From: Cetorhinus maximus
Lineage: Eukaryota
Length of the DNA: 64,000 bases
Assembly (NCBI RefSeq): GCF_964194155.1
Contig: NC_135901.1
Span: 28,768,001 to 28,832,000, forward strand
Direction: 5' to 3'
The notes under the pieces: generated by a model
Database searches by the model: none
Told to the model about the DNA's origin: nothing
The model's input: the letters and a program-made list of their open reading frames with translations, nothing else
Made by a program: the position numbers and the translations under genes
Shown here: in pieces, positions 38,598 through 50,544 of the stretch
Numbering within the stretch: position 1 is the first letter of the stretch
Layout of the letters: each line of letters opens with the position of its first letter

Positions 38598-39149
38598 TCA
38601 ATAGAAGATCCAAACCTTCGTCAGTATCCAACTGACCAGCATCCAGCTCACTAAATACTTTGCCTCTGATTTACTTTTGTTGGGAGGTGACGATGCCAAG
38701 ACCAGACCTTGTTTCCTCCTTGGTAGGGACGTAACCCGTGTCCACATATCCACTTCATTCTTCCACTAGTCATGTGGCTCAGACTCCGAGAAGATCGGCG
38801 GGTAATCAGACCCAGACAATTTCCACTTGCTTTCAACCATTTCTCAGAAAAGCTACTCAGATTGCAAGTTTCTGTCTGAAATTTTATTTTCCTTTAGTTT
38901 CCAACCTTCACCATTAGACAAGCATTCTCTGTTACCATGTTATAATCCTGACAGCCTGATGGTGAAGGAGTAAACTGGAGCCAGTCTTTACTTGGTATAG
39001 ATTTATTCACTGAGTGAAACATTACAGGTATATACCTTCTAACTCGGCTCCACTCTATGTCAGTAAGAGTCTCTTCATATGTGCTCAAGTAACTATGCAA
39101 TCCATGACACCCACCTGTATATACTTAACCTCAATTGATACAATTAACA
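38598..39149 (-). mobile_element. Copia (GalEa-like) 5' LTR, PBS and gag start; duplicate of 47744-48295
   Basis: LTR 38938-39149 (TGTT..AACA), PBS TGGTAACAGAGAATGC and gag LDTDEGLDLL. Confidence 0.85.
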
Positions 39150-39176
39150 CCCACAGTCAGAGCATCAAAAATGACT

Positions 39177-39938
39177 CTAATCAATGTGAACTGTCTGGTG
39201 TCTCAGCAGCTCGGATGAACATGTGAATCCCTTCCCACACTCAGAGCAGGTGAACGGTCTCTCCCCGGTGTGAACTCGCTGGTGTCTCAGCAGCTCGGAT
39301 GAATCACTGATTCCCTTCCCACACTTGGAGCAGGTGAACGGCTTCTCCCTGGTGTGAACTCGCTGGTGTGTCAGCAGATGGGATGACCGAGTGAATCCCT
39401 TCCCATACTCAGAGCAGGTGAAAGGCCTCTCCCCGGTGTGAACTGTCTGGTGCCTCAGCAGGTGGGATGACCGAGTGAATCCCTTCCCACATTCAGAGCA
39501 GGTGAACGGCCTCTCCCCAGTGTAAACTCGCTGGTGTCTCCGCAGGTGGGATGAGAAAATGAATCCCTTCCCACACACGGAACAGGTGAACGGCCACTCC
39601 CCAGTGTGTACCCACTGGTGTATCTGCAGGTAGGATGACCGAGTGAATCCCTTCCAACACTCAGAGCAGGTGAATGGTCTCTCCCGGCTGTGAGCCCGCT
39701 GGTGAGTCAGCAGTGTGGACGAATCACTAAATCCCTTCCCACACTCAGAACAGGTGAAGGGTCTCTCCCTGGTGTGAACTCGCTGGTGTCTCTGCTGGTG
39801 GGATGACTGAGTGAATCCCTTCCCACACTCAGAGCAGGTGAATGGCCTCTCCCCGGTGTGACTGCGTCGATGAGTTTCCAGCTCAGGCGGGGCTTTGAAT
39901 CCCTTCCCACAGTCCCCACATTTCCACGGTTTCTCCAT
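39177..39938 (-). CDS. C2H2 zinc-finger protein, 9 fingers (two with a lost Zn ligand), no effector domain
   Basis: 253-aa open ORF starting MEKPWKC, with acceptor near 40296 and donor GTGAGG at 41596-41601. Confidence 0.75.
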   Translation of the reverse strand: MEKPWKCGDCGKGFKAPPELETHRRSHTGERPFTCSECGKGFTQSSHQQRHQRVHTRERPFTCSECGKGFSDSSTLLTHQRAHSRERPFTCSECWKGFTRSSYLQIHQWVHTGEWPFTCSVCGKGFIFSSHLRRHQRVYTGERPFTCSECGKGFTRSSHLLRHQTVHTGERPFTCSEYGKGFTRSSHLLTHQRVHTREKPFTCSKCGKGISDSSELLRHQRVHTGERPFTCSECGKGFTCSSELLRHQTVHID

Positions 39939-41595
39939 TGTGCATGTGTCCTTGTGTCTCTCCAGGTTCGATGATCAGTTGAAGCCTTGTCCACACACAG
40001 AACATGTATGGCCTCTCTCCACTGTGAATGGTGATGTGTTTTCAGGCTGTGTAACTGGCTAAAGCTCTTTCCAGAGTCAGTGCTCTGGAACACTCTCACT
40101 CGAGTGTGTGTGTCTTGGTGCTTTTCAGTCACACTGATGTTGGAAACCTTTGCAAGCAGACAGAACAGACAAACATTTCTCCTTCCAGATTCAAAAGCCA
40201 ATCATATTCAGCTCCAGATGAATGGGGTGACTGTCAGATCTTGATGTGAAGTTTAGTCTGAGATTTCTGGCTGCAAATCCTCCCCTTCGAATATCCTGTT
40301 AAAGGAGTTTACAAAAGTCATCACTGTCAGTACAGGATAGAAATTCAGAACAGACAATTCTCGTTTCTATGGAACATTCTTTCCTCTCTCGCTCCCCAAA
40401 AGCTGTAAACCTCCATGCCACACACGCTCACTCCATTCTCACCCTGCTGTACCTCATATACACACAATAGTCCTGCACTAAAAATGTGTGAAATACACAG
40501 GACTCTATTACATGATTAGAGACACATGATGCTGTGGGGAAGAACTTTATTTCAACAGCCAGTGGTGATGTCCTGGAAGCCACAGCCTATGAGGGTGGTG
40601 GTTCCAGAAACGATCAATAATTTCAAAATGAAATTGAATTGACATTTGAAGGAAATGAACATGCAGGGGAATGGGGATATAGAAGGGGAAATGGGACTGC
40701 CTGGGTCACTCTACAGAGAGTCAGTCTCGACTCAAGTTATCAAATAGACTCCTTCTGTGTCATAATGACTATCACTGGAAATATATTAAGTACCTGCAGT
40801 ACTCTGCTCCAAGACTAAAAAGGATAATAAATGAACTTAATTACAGAACTATAAATAATATATCTAAAGTGTCCCCGATGACAACATTAGACATATCTTT
40901 GTCCTCTATTACTATATTGTCCAGGGGGCAGAAGTCTTACAAAATAAAATAACGAACACGTCAGCCGTGGGGTTGGAGACATGGGTGGGTGAGTGGATGG
41001 TGGTGGGATGCTGGTGACCGTGAGAGCAGGTTGGATGGGGGTTTGGGTTTCAATATGAGAGGGGTTGAGGAGGAGGGGTCTTGAGACAATAATAGTGGGA
41101 GGGGTGGGGTTTAAAATAAACTAAAACTTACAACTTATCTTGTTTAGTCACAACATCATCATCTCTCTGCTGGCCAACTCACTAACTTGCAGTCCCACTC
41201 GAATCACTCAAACTCACCCTGGAGATTCCCGGGATCAGTTTCCCACAGGCTGTCCGAGAAATACAGGGCAAAAGGCAAAATAAGGAGCAATCTCTTAAAA
41301 TACAGGACAGTTAATTGCCCTGTATTTGTCTCCTTAAATGTCAGCCATCTCCTGGAGAAACCAGCCCTTTAATTGTTAACATTAGGAAAGAGACCATCCT
41401 TTTAGCCAGACAAATAAATGTGTCAAGCTGAGGGACCAAAGGATGTCAATGTCTTTAAGAGAGAGAGAGAGACCTGGGCCAACCTTTCTGGAGTCTGCAC
41501 CCTCCCCGGATTCACTTCCTTTCCCTTCAGTTCCTGCAAGTTAACAATTTGCCCCCAGAATGAGAAAAGAAATGGAAAGGGGGAAACATTGATTT

Positions 41596-43953
41596 CCTCA
41601 CAGATGTTGCCCAGAGGAGGAAATTTTAGTCTGAAGCTCATTGTCCAACTTCCTCATTGTGATGTCCACAATGGAACCCTTCCCAAACCAGCCAATAGGA
41701 ATCACTCTGCTGCGCAGTGACGTCCTCGGGTTCCAACCGCCTCCTCTTCACCATGGACGTCCAATCCCTCTACATCTCCATCCCCCACCGGGATGGTCTG
41801 AAGGCTCTCCGCTTCTTCCTCGAACAGAGGCCCAAACAATCCCCATCCACCACTACTCTCCTCCGTCTGGCTGAACTTGTTCTCTCACTGAACAATTTCT
41901 CCTTAAACTCCTCTCACTTCCTCCAAATAAAAGGTGTGGCTATGGGTACCTGCATGGGCCCAGTTATGCCTGTCTTTTTATGAGCTATGTGGAACATTCC
42001 ATGTTCCAGTCCTCCTCCGGCCCCCTCCCACAACTCTTTCTCCGGTACATCGATGACTGCTTCGGTACTGCTTCATGCTCTCGTCTGGACCTGGAAAAAT
42101 TTATTAATTTTGCTTCCAATTTCCACCCCTCCATCATTTTCACGTGGTCCACCACTGACACTTCCCTTCCCTTCCTTGACCTCTCTGTCTCAATTTCTGG
42201 TGATAGACTGTCCACCAATATTCATTACAAGCCTACCGATTCCCACAGCTACCTTGACTACAGCTCCTCACACCCCACTTCCTGTAAGGACTCCATCCCA
42301 TTCTCTCAGTTCCTTCGCCTCCATCGCATCCATTCTGATGATGCCATTTTCAATAACGGTTCCTCTGACATGTCTTCTTTCTTCCTTAACTGAGGTTTTC
42401 CACCCATGGTGGTTGACAGGGCCCTCAACCGTGTCCGGCCCATCTCCCGCGCATCAGCCCTCACACCTTCCTCTCCCTCTCAGGACCATGATAGGGTCTC
42501 CCTTGTCCTCACTTATCACCCCACCAGCCTTCGCATTCAAAGGATCATCCTCCACCATTTCCGCCAACTCCAGCATGATGCCACCACCAAACACATCTTC
42601 CCTTCACCCCCCCGGCGGCATTCCACAGGAATCGTTCCCTCCGGGACACCCTGGTCCACTCTTCCATCACCCCCTACACCTCAAACCCCTCCCATGGCAC
42701 CTTCCCATGCAACCGCAGAAGGTGCAACACCTGCCCCTTTACTTCCCCCCTCCTCACCGTCCAAGGGCCCAAACACTCCTTTCAAGTGAAGCAGCATTTC
42801 ACTTGCACTTCCCTCAATTTAGTCTACTGCATTCGCTGCTCCCAATGCAGTTTCCTCTACATTGGAGAGAACAAACGCAGACTGGGTGACCGCTTTGCGG
42901 AACACCTGCGGCCTGTCCGCAAGCATGGCCCAGACCTCCATGTCGCTTGCCATTTCAACACCCCACCCTGCTCTCGTGCCCACATGTCCGTCCTTGGCTT
43001 GCTGCAATGTTACAGTGAAGCTCAACGCAAACTGGAGGAACAGCACCTCATCTTCCAACTAGGCACTTTACAGCCTTCTGGACTGAATATTGAGTTCAAC
43101 AATTTTCGACCATGAACTCTCTCCTCCATCCCCACGCTCTTTCCGATCCCCCTTTTTTCCAATAATTTATATAGATTTTTATTTTCCCACCTATTTCCAT
43201 TATTTTTAAATGAATTTCCATTCATTGTTTAATCTCTACCTTTTAGCCTATTTCAATCCCTTCCCCCAGGGCTTTCGGTGCCTTGTTCGTCCTGCTTTCT
43301 ACCCTTAATGATCACATTCCTTTAGATAATATCACCACCTTCAACACCTCTTTGTCCTTTTGTCTGTGACATCTTTTGGTTTTCTCCACCTATCACTGAC
43401 CCTCTATCCAGCTCTACCTGTCCCACCCCCCCTTAAACCAGCTTATATTTCACCTCTTTTCTATTTTTCCTGAGTTCTGTTGAAGAGTCATTCGGACTTG
43501 AAACGTTAACTGTTCCTCTCCGCAGATGCTGTCAGACCTGCTGAGTTTTTCCAGGTATTTTTATTTTTGTTTTTGTTTTGGATTTCCAGCATCCGCAGTT
43601 TTTTACTTTTATCCTCGGGTTCCAGTCTGCAGGCCCGGCGCGCGGACACGGGAGCCCCGCCCCCACCCATTGTTCCCCCTCCCCTTCCACCTCCTCGAGC
43701 CAAGGTTTCCAGGCAACCGGCTGACGGCTCCGGCCAGAGCGAGAAGCCCCTCGGAGAACTCGGGAGAGGGGAAACTGCGCATATGCGAGGGAGAACCCGC
43801 CCCTTCCCGTCGTGCTGAGGGACTGACCAATCGGAAGAGTTGGAGGACCGGAAGGACTCTGGTCCTCCAGCCAATCAGAGCGCGGGCTTTGTGTGAATGA
43901 CGATTGAGCTTCACACAGACTAAAACTTCCTCCTGTGTCCAACATATGTGAGT
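41596..43953. promoter_or_regulatory. Bidirectional promoter of the head-to-head ZNF pair (39177-39938 and 46538-47716), split by a Penelope insertion
   Basis: Joining 41596-41735 to 43625-43953 gives the reverse complement of the intact promoter at 54641-55082. It contains CCAAT boxes, TGACGT, GC boxes and two outward-facing donors. Confidence 0.72.
41736..43611 (+). mobile_element. Penelope-like retroelement (RT + GIY-YIG endonuclease), 5'-truncated, with 13-bp TSD
   Basis: RT motifs TMDVQSLY, GVAMG and RYIDD; GIY-YIG motif LVYCIRC..LYIGE..RFAEH..GLN. TSD TCCTCGGGTTCCA at 41723-41735 and 43612-43624. Hammerhead-like motif at about 43473-43511. Confidence 0.93.
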
Positions 43954-44653
43954 AAAACACTTCTTTTCTTCCCCTTTCCATTTCTTTTCTCATTCTGGGG
44001 GGAAATTGTTGACTTGCAGGAACTGAAGGGAAAGGAAGTGAATCCAGGGAGGGTGCAGACTCTGGAAAGGTTGGCCCAGGTCTCTCTTTTAAAGACATTG
44101 GCATCCTTTGCTCCCTCAGCTTGACACGTTTATTTGTCTGGCTAAAAGGATGGTCTCTTTCCTAATGTTCACAATAAAAGGGGTGGTTTCCCCAAGAGAT
44201 GGCTGACATTTAAGGCGTCAATTTTAGGGTGATTAACTGTCCTGTATTTTAAGGGATTGCTCCTTATTTTGTATTTTTGCCCATATTTTTAGGACAGCCT
44301 GTGGGAAACTGATCCCTGAGACTCCAGGGTGAGTTTGAGTGATTCAAGTGGGATGGCAAGTGAGTGAGTCGGCCAGCAGAGAGATGATGATGTTGTGACT
44401 GAACAAGAACCATTGTAAGTTTTAGTTGATTTTAAACCCCACCGCTCCCACTATTATTGTCTCTAGACACCTCCTCCTCAGCCCCTCTCATATTGAAACG
44501 CAAACACCCCCAACCTGCTTCACGGTCACAAGCATCTCACCCCCACCCATGCCTCCCCCACGGCTGAAGTCCCTTATTTTATTTCATTAGAGTTCTGCCC
44601 CCTGGACAATACAGTATGAGAGGACAAAGATATGTCTAATGTTGTGATTGGGG

Positions 44654-45607
44654 TGGTTTGATGTGGAAGATGATGTGTGCCAGGTGGACCAAATCCACAA
44701 GGGAAACTTGGCCACGCTATCACAACAGTTTTGCAATTTGTATTTATTACAAGAAGATGTGTGCACTGAATTCAGAAACAAGGAGTCCACTAAGACCTTT
44801 AGAGATTTTAAATATGAAATTAAAATATTTATTAACAAAAGGAAAGATTTCAAGCACATACGTAAGATTACATTTACTTAATACTATAACAAATCCTCAA
44901 ATTCCTAATTGACCTGACTCTAAATTACACATCCCCTTTAAGGCAACAATCCAAAATAGATTTTAAATTTAAAAAATAAGTCAGCAAGTTACCACTTGAC
45001 AGAGGAATTCCAAAAGCTTGACTTCAACTTTACTTTCTGGACACAGACTTATGCACAAATGAGTGGAAGCTTCCCGAAGGCTGTTTCACACACTCCTCTT
45101 AGATCTTACATGCACCCACACCCCCCCACCCCTCCCCCCCCACCCACAACATAGCCTTTCATTCTCCTTTGTATATGTTTCTCTCTCTTTAATATGTAAA
45201 TTCCATTGTTCCATAGGTTTTTGGATCTTTACCTTTCCCATACCATAACAATCTTTCATGTTGCCAGTATTATCAGTAACCTTTGGGAAATACGAACACA
45301 ATGCTTAGCCTTGCTCATCTGGCTAGTTGTAAAAATCCTAACATCCCTTTGAAATCCAAACAACCCCTTCACCTCATTAGAAACGCAAATTCCCTTCACA
45401 TCTTACATGCTAGGACCCCATTGATGTTTACTCATTAGCATTTCAAGTACATTTCTACACCTAACTTCTTTTGATAATATCAAGCTTGCAGTTACCCTAA
45501 CTCCAAATGTAGTTAAATCACACAGAGAACCATCCACGCTCACACTCATAAACCTACTCAACAATAAGCCAGAATAATATTATGAAAATTATTATACTTT
45601 TGTAACG
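44654..45607 (-). mobile_element. Solo LTR in a ZNF intron with 4-bp TSD
   Basis: GGGG flanks both ends, the insert starts TG and ends TAAC(G), and it is absent from the paralogous intron near 40875. It shares AAATCC.C.AGGGAAACT with 55595-56647 and 61257-62064. Confidence 0.7.
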
Positions 45608-46537
45608 GGGGAAACTTTAGATATATTATTGATATTTTTGTCATAAAGTTCATTTGTTACCCTTCTAGTCTTGGAGGACAGTCCTGTAGCTACTTAATAT
45701 ATTTCCAATGATGGAGTAATTCTGATACAGAAGGAGTCCATTTGACAACTCGAGTCCATACCAACTCTCTGTAGAGTAATCCAGTCAATCCCATTCTCCT
45801 TCTATACCCCCGTTCCCCTGCATGTTCATTTCCTTCAAGTGTCAATTCAATTTCATTTAGAAATTATTGATCATCTCTGGAATCACCACCCTCATAGGCA
45901 GTTGGTTCCAGGACATCACCACTGCCTGTTGAAATAAAATTCATCGCCACAGCACCATGTATCTCTAATCATGTAATAGAGCACTGTGTATTAGACACAT
46001 TTTTAGTGCAGTAATATTGGGTGTATCTTAGGTGCAGCAGAGTGAGAATGGAGTGAGAGTGTGTGGGATGGAGATTTACTGCTTTTGGGGAATGAGAGAG
46101 GAAAGAATGTTCCTCAGAAATTAGAATTGTCTGTTCTGAATTTCTATCCCGTACTGACAATAATGTTTGTAAACTCCTTTAGCAGGATATTAGAAAGGGA
46201 GGATTTGCCGACAGCAATCTCAAACCAAACATCACGTCAAGATCTGACAGACTCACTCGACTCACCGGGGCCTAAATATGATCAGCCTTTGAATCTGGAT
46301 GGAGATATGTTTGTCTGTTCTGTCTGTTTCAAAAGGTTTTAAACATCAGTGTGGCTGGAAAAGCACCGAGACACACACACCCGAGTGAGAGACTGACTGT
46401 GGGAACAACTTTAACCAGTTACGCAGCTTGAGAAAAACATCACCATTCACAGCGGGGAGAGACTGTACACGTGTTCTGTGTGAGCACGAGGGTTCAACTG
46501 ATTGTAGAACCTGGAGAGACACAAGAACACCCACACC

Positions 46538-47716
46538 ATGGAGAAACCATGGAAATGTGGGGACTGTGGGAAGGGATTCAAATATCCATCTGCGTTGGAA
46601 ATTCATTGGCGCAGTCACACCGGGGAGAGGCCATTCACCTGCTCTGAGTGTGGGAAGGGATTCACTCAGTTACCCAACCTCCAGTCACACCAGCGAGTTC
46701 ACACTGGGGAGAGGCCATTCACCTGCCCTGAGTGTGGGAAAGGATTCAGTCAGTTATTTAGCCTGCATTCACACCAGCGAGTTCACACTGGGGAGAGACC
46801 GTTCACCTGCCCTGAGTGTGGGAAGGGATTCAGTCAGTTATTCAGCCTGCAATCACACCAGCAAGTTCACACTGGGGAGAGACCGTTCACCTGTTCTGAA
46901 TGCGGGAAGGGATTCAGTAATTCAGCCCACCTGCGGAGACACCAGCGAGTTCACACTGGGGAAAGGCCATTCACCTGCTCGGAGTGTGGGAAGGGGTTTA
47001 GTGATTCATCCTCCCTGCTGATGCACAAGCGAGTTCACAGTGGGGAGAAGCCGTTCACCTGCTCTGAGTGTGGGAAGGGATTCGCTCGGGCACCCTACCT
47101 GCTGACACACCAACGAATTCACACCGGGGACTGGCTCGTCTGTTCTGAATGCGGGAAGAGATTCACTCGGTCTTACGACCTGCTGATACACCAGCGGTTT
47201 CACACTGGGGAGAGGCCGTTCACCTGCCCTGAGTGTGGGAAGAAATTCACCCGGTCATCCGATCTGCTGACACACCAGCGAGTTCACACTGGGGAGAGGC
47301 CATTCACCTGCTCTGAGTGTGGGAAGGGATTCACCCAGTCATCCCATCTGCTGACACACCGGCGAGTTCACACCGGAGAGAAGCCATTCACCTGCTCTGA
47401 ATGTGGGAAGGGATTCAGTGATCGATCCACCCTGCTGAGACACCAGCGTGTTCACACCGGTGAGAAGCCATTCACCTGCTCTGAGTGTGGGAAGGGATTC
47501 AGTGATCAATCCACCCTGCTGAGACACCAGCGTGTTCACACCGGGGAGAAGCCATTCACCTGCTCTGAGTGTGGGAAGGGATTCAGTGACCAATCCACCC
47601 TGCTGAGACACCAGCGAATTCACACTAGGGAGAGGCCGTTCACCTGCTCTGAGTGTGGGAAGGGATTCACCTGTTCATCCGAGCTGCTGACACACCATGA
47701 CAGTCACACCGATTAG
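46538..47716 (+). CDS. C2H2 zinc-finger protein, 14 tandem fingers, no effector domain
   Basis: 392-aa intact ORF with ACCATGG start and canonical TGERPF/TGEKPF linkers. Donor at 43948 and acceptor at 46185. Confidence 0.88.
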   Translation: MEKPWKCGDCGKGFKYPSALEIHWRSHTGERPFTCSECGKGFTQLPNLQSHQRVHTGERPFTCPECGKGFSQLFSLHSHQRVHTGERPFTCPECGKGFSQLFSLQSHQQVHTGERPFTCSECGKGFSNSAHLRRHQRVHTGERPFTCSECGKGFSDSSSLLMHKRVHSGEKPFTCSECGKGFARAPYLLTHQRIHTGDWLVCSECGKRFTRSYDLLIHQRFHTGERPFTCPECGKKFTRSSDLLTHQRVHTGERPFTCSECGKGFTQSSHLLTHRRVHTGEKPFTCSECGKGFSDRSTLLRHQRVHTGEKPFTCSECGKGFSDQSTLLRHQRVHTGEKPFTCSECGKGFSDQSTLLRHQRIHTRERPFTCSECGKGFTCSSELLTHHDSHTD

Positions 47717-47743
47717 AGACCTTTTAGATGCTCTGACTGTGGC

Positions 47744-49842
47744 TGTTGATTGTGTGAATTGAGGTTAAGTATATACGGGTGGACATCACGTATTGGATCG
47801 TTACTTGAGCACATATAAGGAGACCCTTACTGACATAGAGTGGAGTCAAGTCAGGAGGTATATACCTGTAATGTTTCACTCGGTGAATAAATCTATACCA
47901 AGTAAAGATTAGCTCCAGTTTCTTCCTTCGCCATCGGGCTGTCAACATTATAACATGGTAACAGAGAATGCTTGTCTAAAGGTGAATGTTGGTAACTAGA
48001 AGAAAATAAAATATTAAACAAAGGCTTACAACCCGACTAGCTTTTGTTAGAAATGGCTGAAAGCAAGTGGGAATTGTCAGGGTCTGATTACCCGCCGATG
48101 TTCTCGGAGTCTGAGCCACACGACCAGTGGAAGAATGAAGTGGAGATGTGGACACGGGTTACGTCCCTACCAAGGAGGAAACAAAGTCTGGTCTTAGCAT
48201 TGTCACTTCCCAACAAAAGTAAATTCAGAAGAAAAGTATTTAGTGAGCTGGATGCCTGTCAGTTGGATACTGATGAAGGTTTGGATCTTCTATTTGGGTT
48301 CACTGATGAGATTTACGTGAAAGATGATCTATTGGATGCCTATGAAGCATAGTTGGACTTTGACAGGTTTCGAATGAGGGTGAAAACATCTTTAACAGAT
48401 CTGGATATCACAACAAAAGACAGGATTGGAACAGCACTAATAGGTGAATGACCCCCAGGAATGACCAGGGAACAATTAACAGGTGTTTCAGGTCTGACTC
48501 AAAATATCATTATGTGATGAACTGCCCAAAGTGGAAAATGAGGATCTTCGAAGAGACACATGATACAGAGAATTCTGAGGCTGAAGATGATGATGATGAT
48601 CACTCTGTAGGAATTGTACTAGTCACAAGGAGATTTGATCCAGTGATGATTGTGTTCGTCACAGACTCATTCAACTGTGCTGTGTTAGATAGTGGCTGTA
48701 CTTCAACAGTATGTGGATCAGATTGGTGAAAATGTTACCCAGATTCTCCTCATAGTGAGGATCAACACAAGGTTAAAGAGTATGAAAGTTCTACTTGTTT
48801 GGGTTTGGTGATGTCAACACATTGAAATCACTAAAAAGATTGGGGATTTTTGCAAAATAGCTGGAGTCAGCCACTTTATCAGGGCTGGTGTAGTCTCTAG
48901 TGAGATATCCTTACTGTTGAGTAAACCTTCCATGAAAAAGGCACAAATGCAACTGGACATGGAGCAAGATAAGGCAACTGTTTTTGGAAAGTCAGTGGAT
49001 CTGCAGTTTGCTCAATCAGGGCATTGTCGTCTCGCCTTAACAATACCTGATGTTTCTAATCAGAGTGTTTGAGAAGGATTAATGGCATCAATGATAAGAA
49101 TCAGAGAGAAAAAAACAAATTATTTTAAAGCTAAACAGACAATTTGTTCACCCTTCCTGTCAAAGATTAAAAATCCTGCTCAGTAATGCAGGGGTGGTTG
49201 ATGAAGAGTATACGCGTCTCATAGAAGAGATAAGTGCAAAGTGTGAAATGTGTAAAAGGTATGGGAGGGCGCTGTCACATCCTATTGTAAACCTTCCCTT
49301 GGCACGTGACTTTAACCAGGTAGTTGCCATGGATCTAAAGGGATGGGACAAAGACAGAAATATTTTCATTCTACACTTTATAGACATGGTAACCCGATTT
49401 AGTCTTTCTACAATAATATATGGCAAGGACAAAAGGGAGATTATAGACCAAGTCATGGGGAAATGGATAGGGACTGGTCCTGGGGCACCAGCTAAGTTTC
49501 TGACTGATAATGGAGGGGAAATTTGCTAATGACAAGTTTAGAGACATGTGTGAAAACATGAACATTATGGTCATGAACACCTCAGCTGAAAGTCCTTTCA
49601 GCAATGGACTCTGTGAAAGGAATCACGCCGTGATCGATGAAATGGTGCAGAAAATCTTAGCTGATCAGCCAAACTGCAAGTTGACAACTGCACTGACATG
49701 GACGATTCATGTAAAGAATTCACTTCAGATGGTTGGAGGGTATAGTCCCTAACAAATTGCCTATAAGAGAAATCCCAAGTTAGCCTCTGTGCTGGGCGAT
49801 AGCCCTCCTGCTTTAGAAGGGACTACAATTAGTTCCATTTTT
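47744..49842 (+). mobile_element. Ty1/Copia LTR retrotransposon, GalEa-like; LTR-PBS-gag-protease-integrase, 3'-truncated
   Basis: LTR 47744-47955 (TGTT..AACA) and PBS TGGTAACAGAGAATG, resembling the complement of tRNA-iMet. Knuckle CFR.DSKYHYVMNC, protease LDSGC, then integrase directly after it (HP..CEMC, MDL, TDNGGE, SNGLCERNH), which is the Copia domain order. Confidence 0.85.
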
Positions 49843-50544
49843 CGTCATCAATTTTCAGATTGTTTCATGAAAACAAGTGCTCAAACTAAGAAATTACTGG
49901 GATCCGAGAAGAGGGATGTCTTACAATGTAATAATGCTTTGTATAAAGTAAGGAAAATTGTATTTTTGCCTCTTGGATTTATTTTGAAATGTTGTTTGTG
50001 CCGATTGTTACAATCCCGGTCAGGACCGTTAATATTTAAAGAGAAATTTGAACACCCAGTGATAACTGAAAGAATTACACCACAAGATTCCACATTTTCA
50101 AACAAAAACAAACCTTACTGTTTAAAAAAACAAAAGACTATTAAAAACCAGCACTACAAACTGAACACTATAGTTTATGCTATGAACCCACTTCTATGTT
50201 TTAACTTCTCCCCATGAGTTCCCTTATACTTAACGATATCTTGAAGGTTCATTCACTTCTGTTCCTGGGACCATCCCAAAGGTTTGTTAAAGGTGTGCCC
50301 ATTCAGACCCAGTTTTATTTCATTCCTTTCCAGCAATGTCGACAGCTTCTTCATTCTGGACTTTCATCTTTATTCGAGCTTTTGAATCTTCCACGTCGCT
50401 CACAAAACCTACTTCATTCCAATCATGTTGGGGTTTTAAATGTATTTTTTTGTGAACTGTCCATTTGCCTGAACTTCTCTTTTATTCATTCACAGGACGT
50501 GGGCTTCACTGGCTGGGCCAGCATTTATTGCCCATCCCAACCTG

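Noticed and set aside
41987-42889. 300-aa Pro/Ser-rich ORF
   Set aside because: An off-frame reading of the C-rich Penelope RT strand; the RT motifs lie in the other frames.
46495-46505. Conserved in-frame TGA as selenocysteine or programmed readthrough
   Set aside because: The leaders have additional stops and frameshifts and no SECIS was recognised. CpG decay in a common ancestor is sufficient.
46428-47623. Alternative-frame and antisense ORFs over ZNF arrays ([10 protein letters not shown].., [10 protein letters not shown]..), also at 25.0, 39.7 and 51.7-52.6 kb
   Set aside because: By-products of the 84-bp finger periodicity, with no independent evidence.
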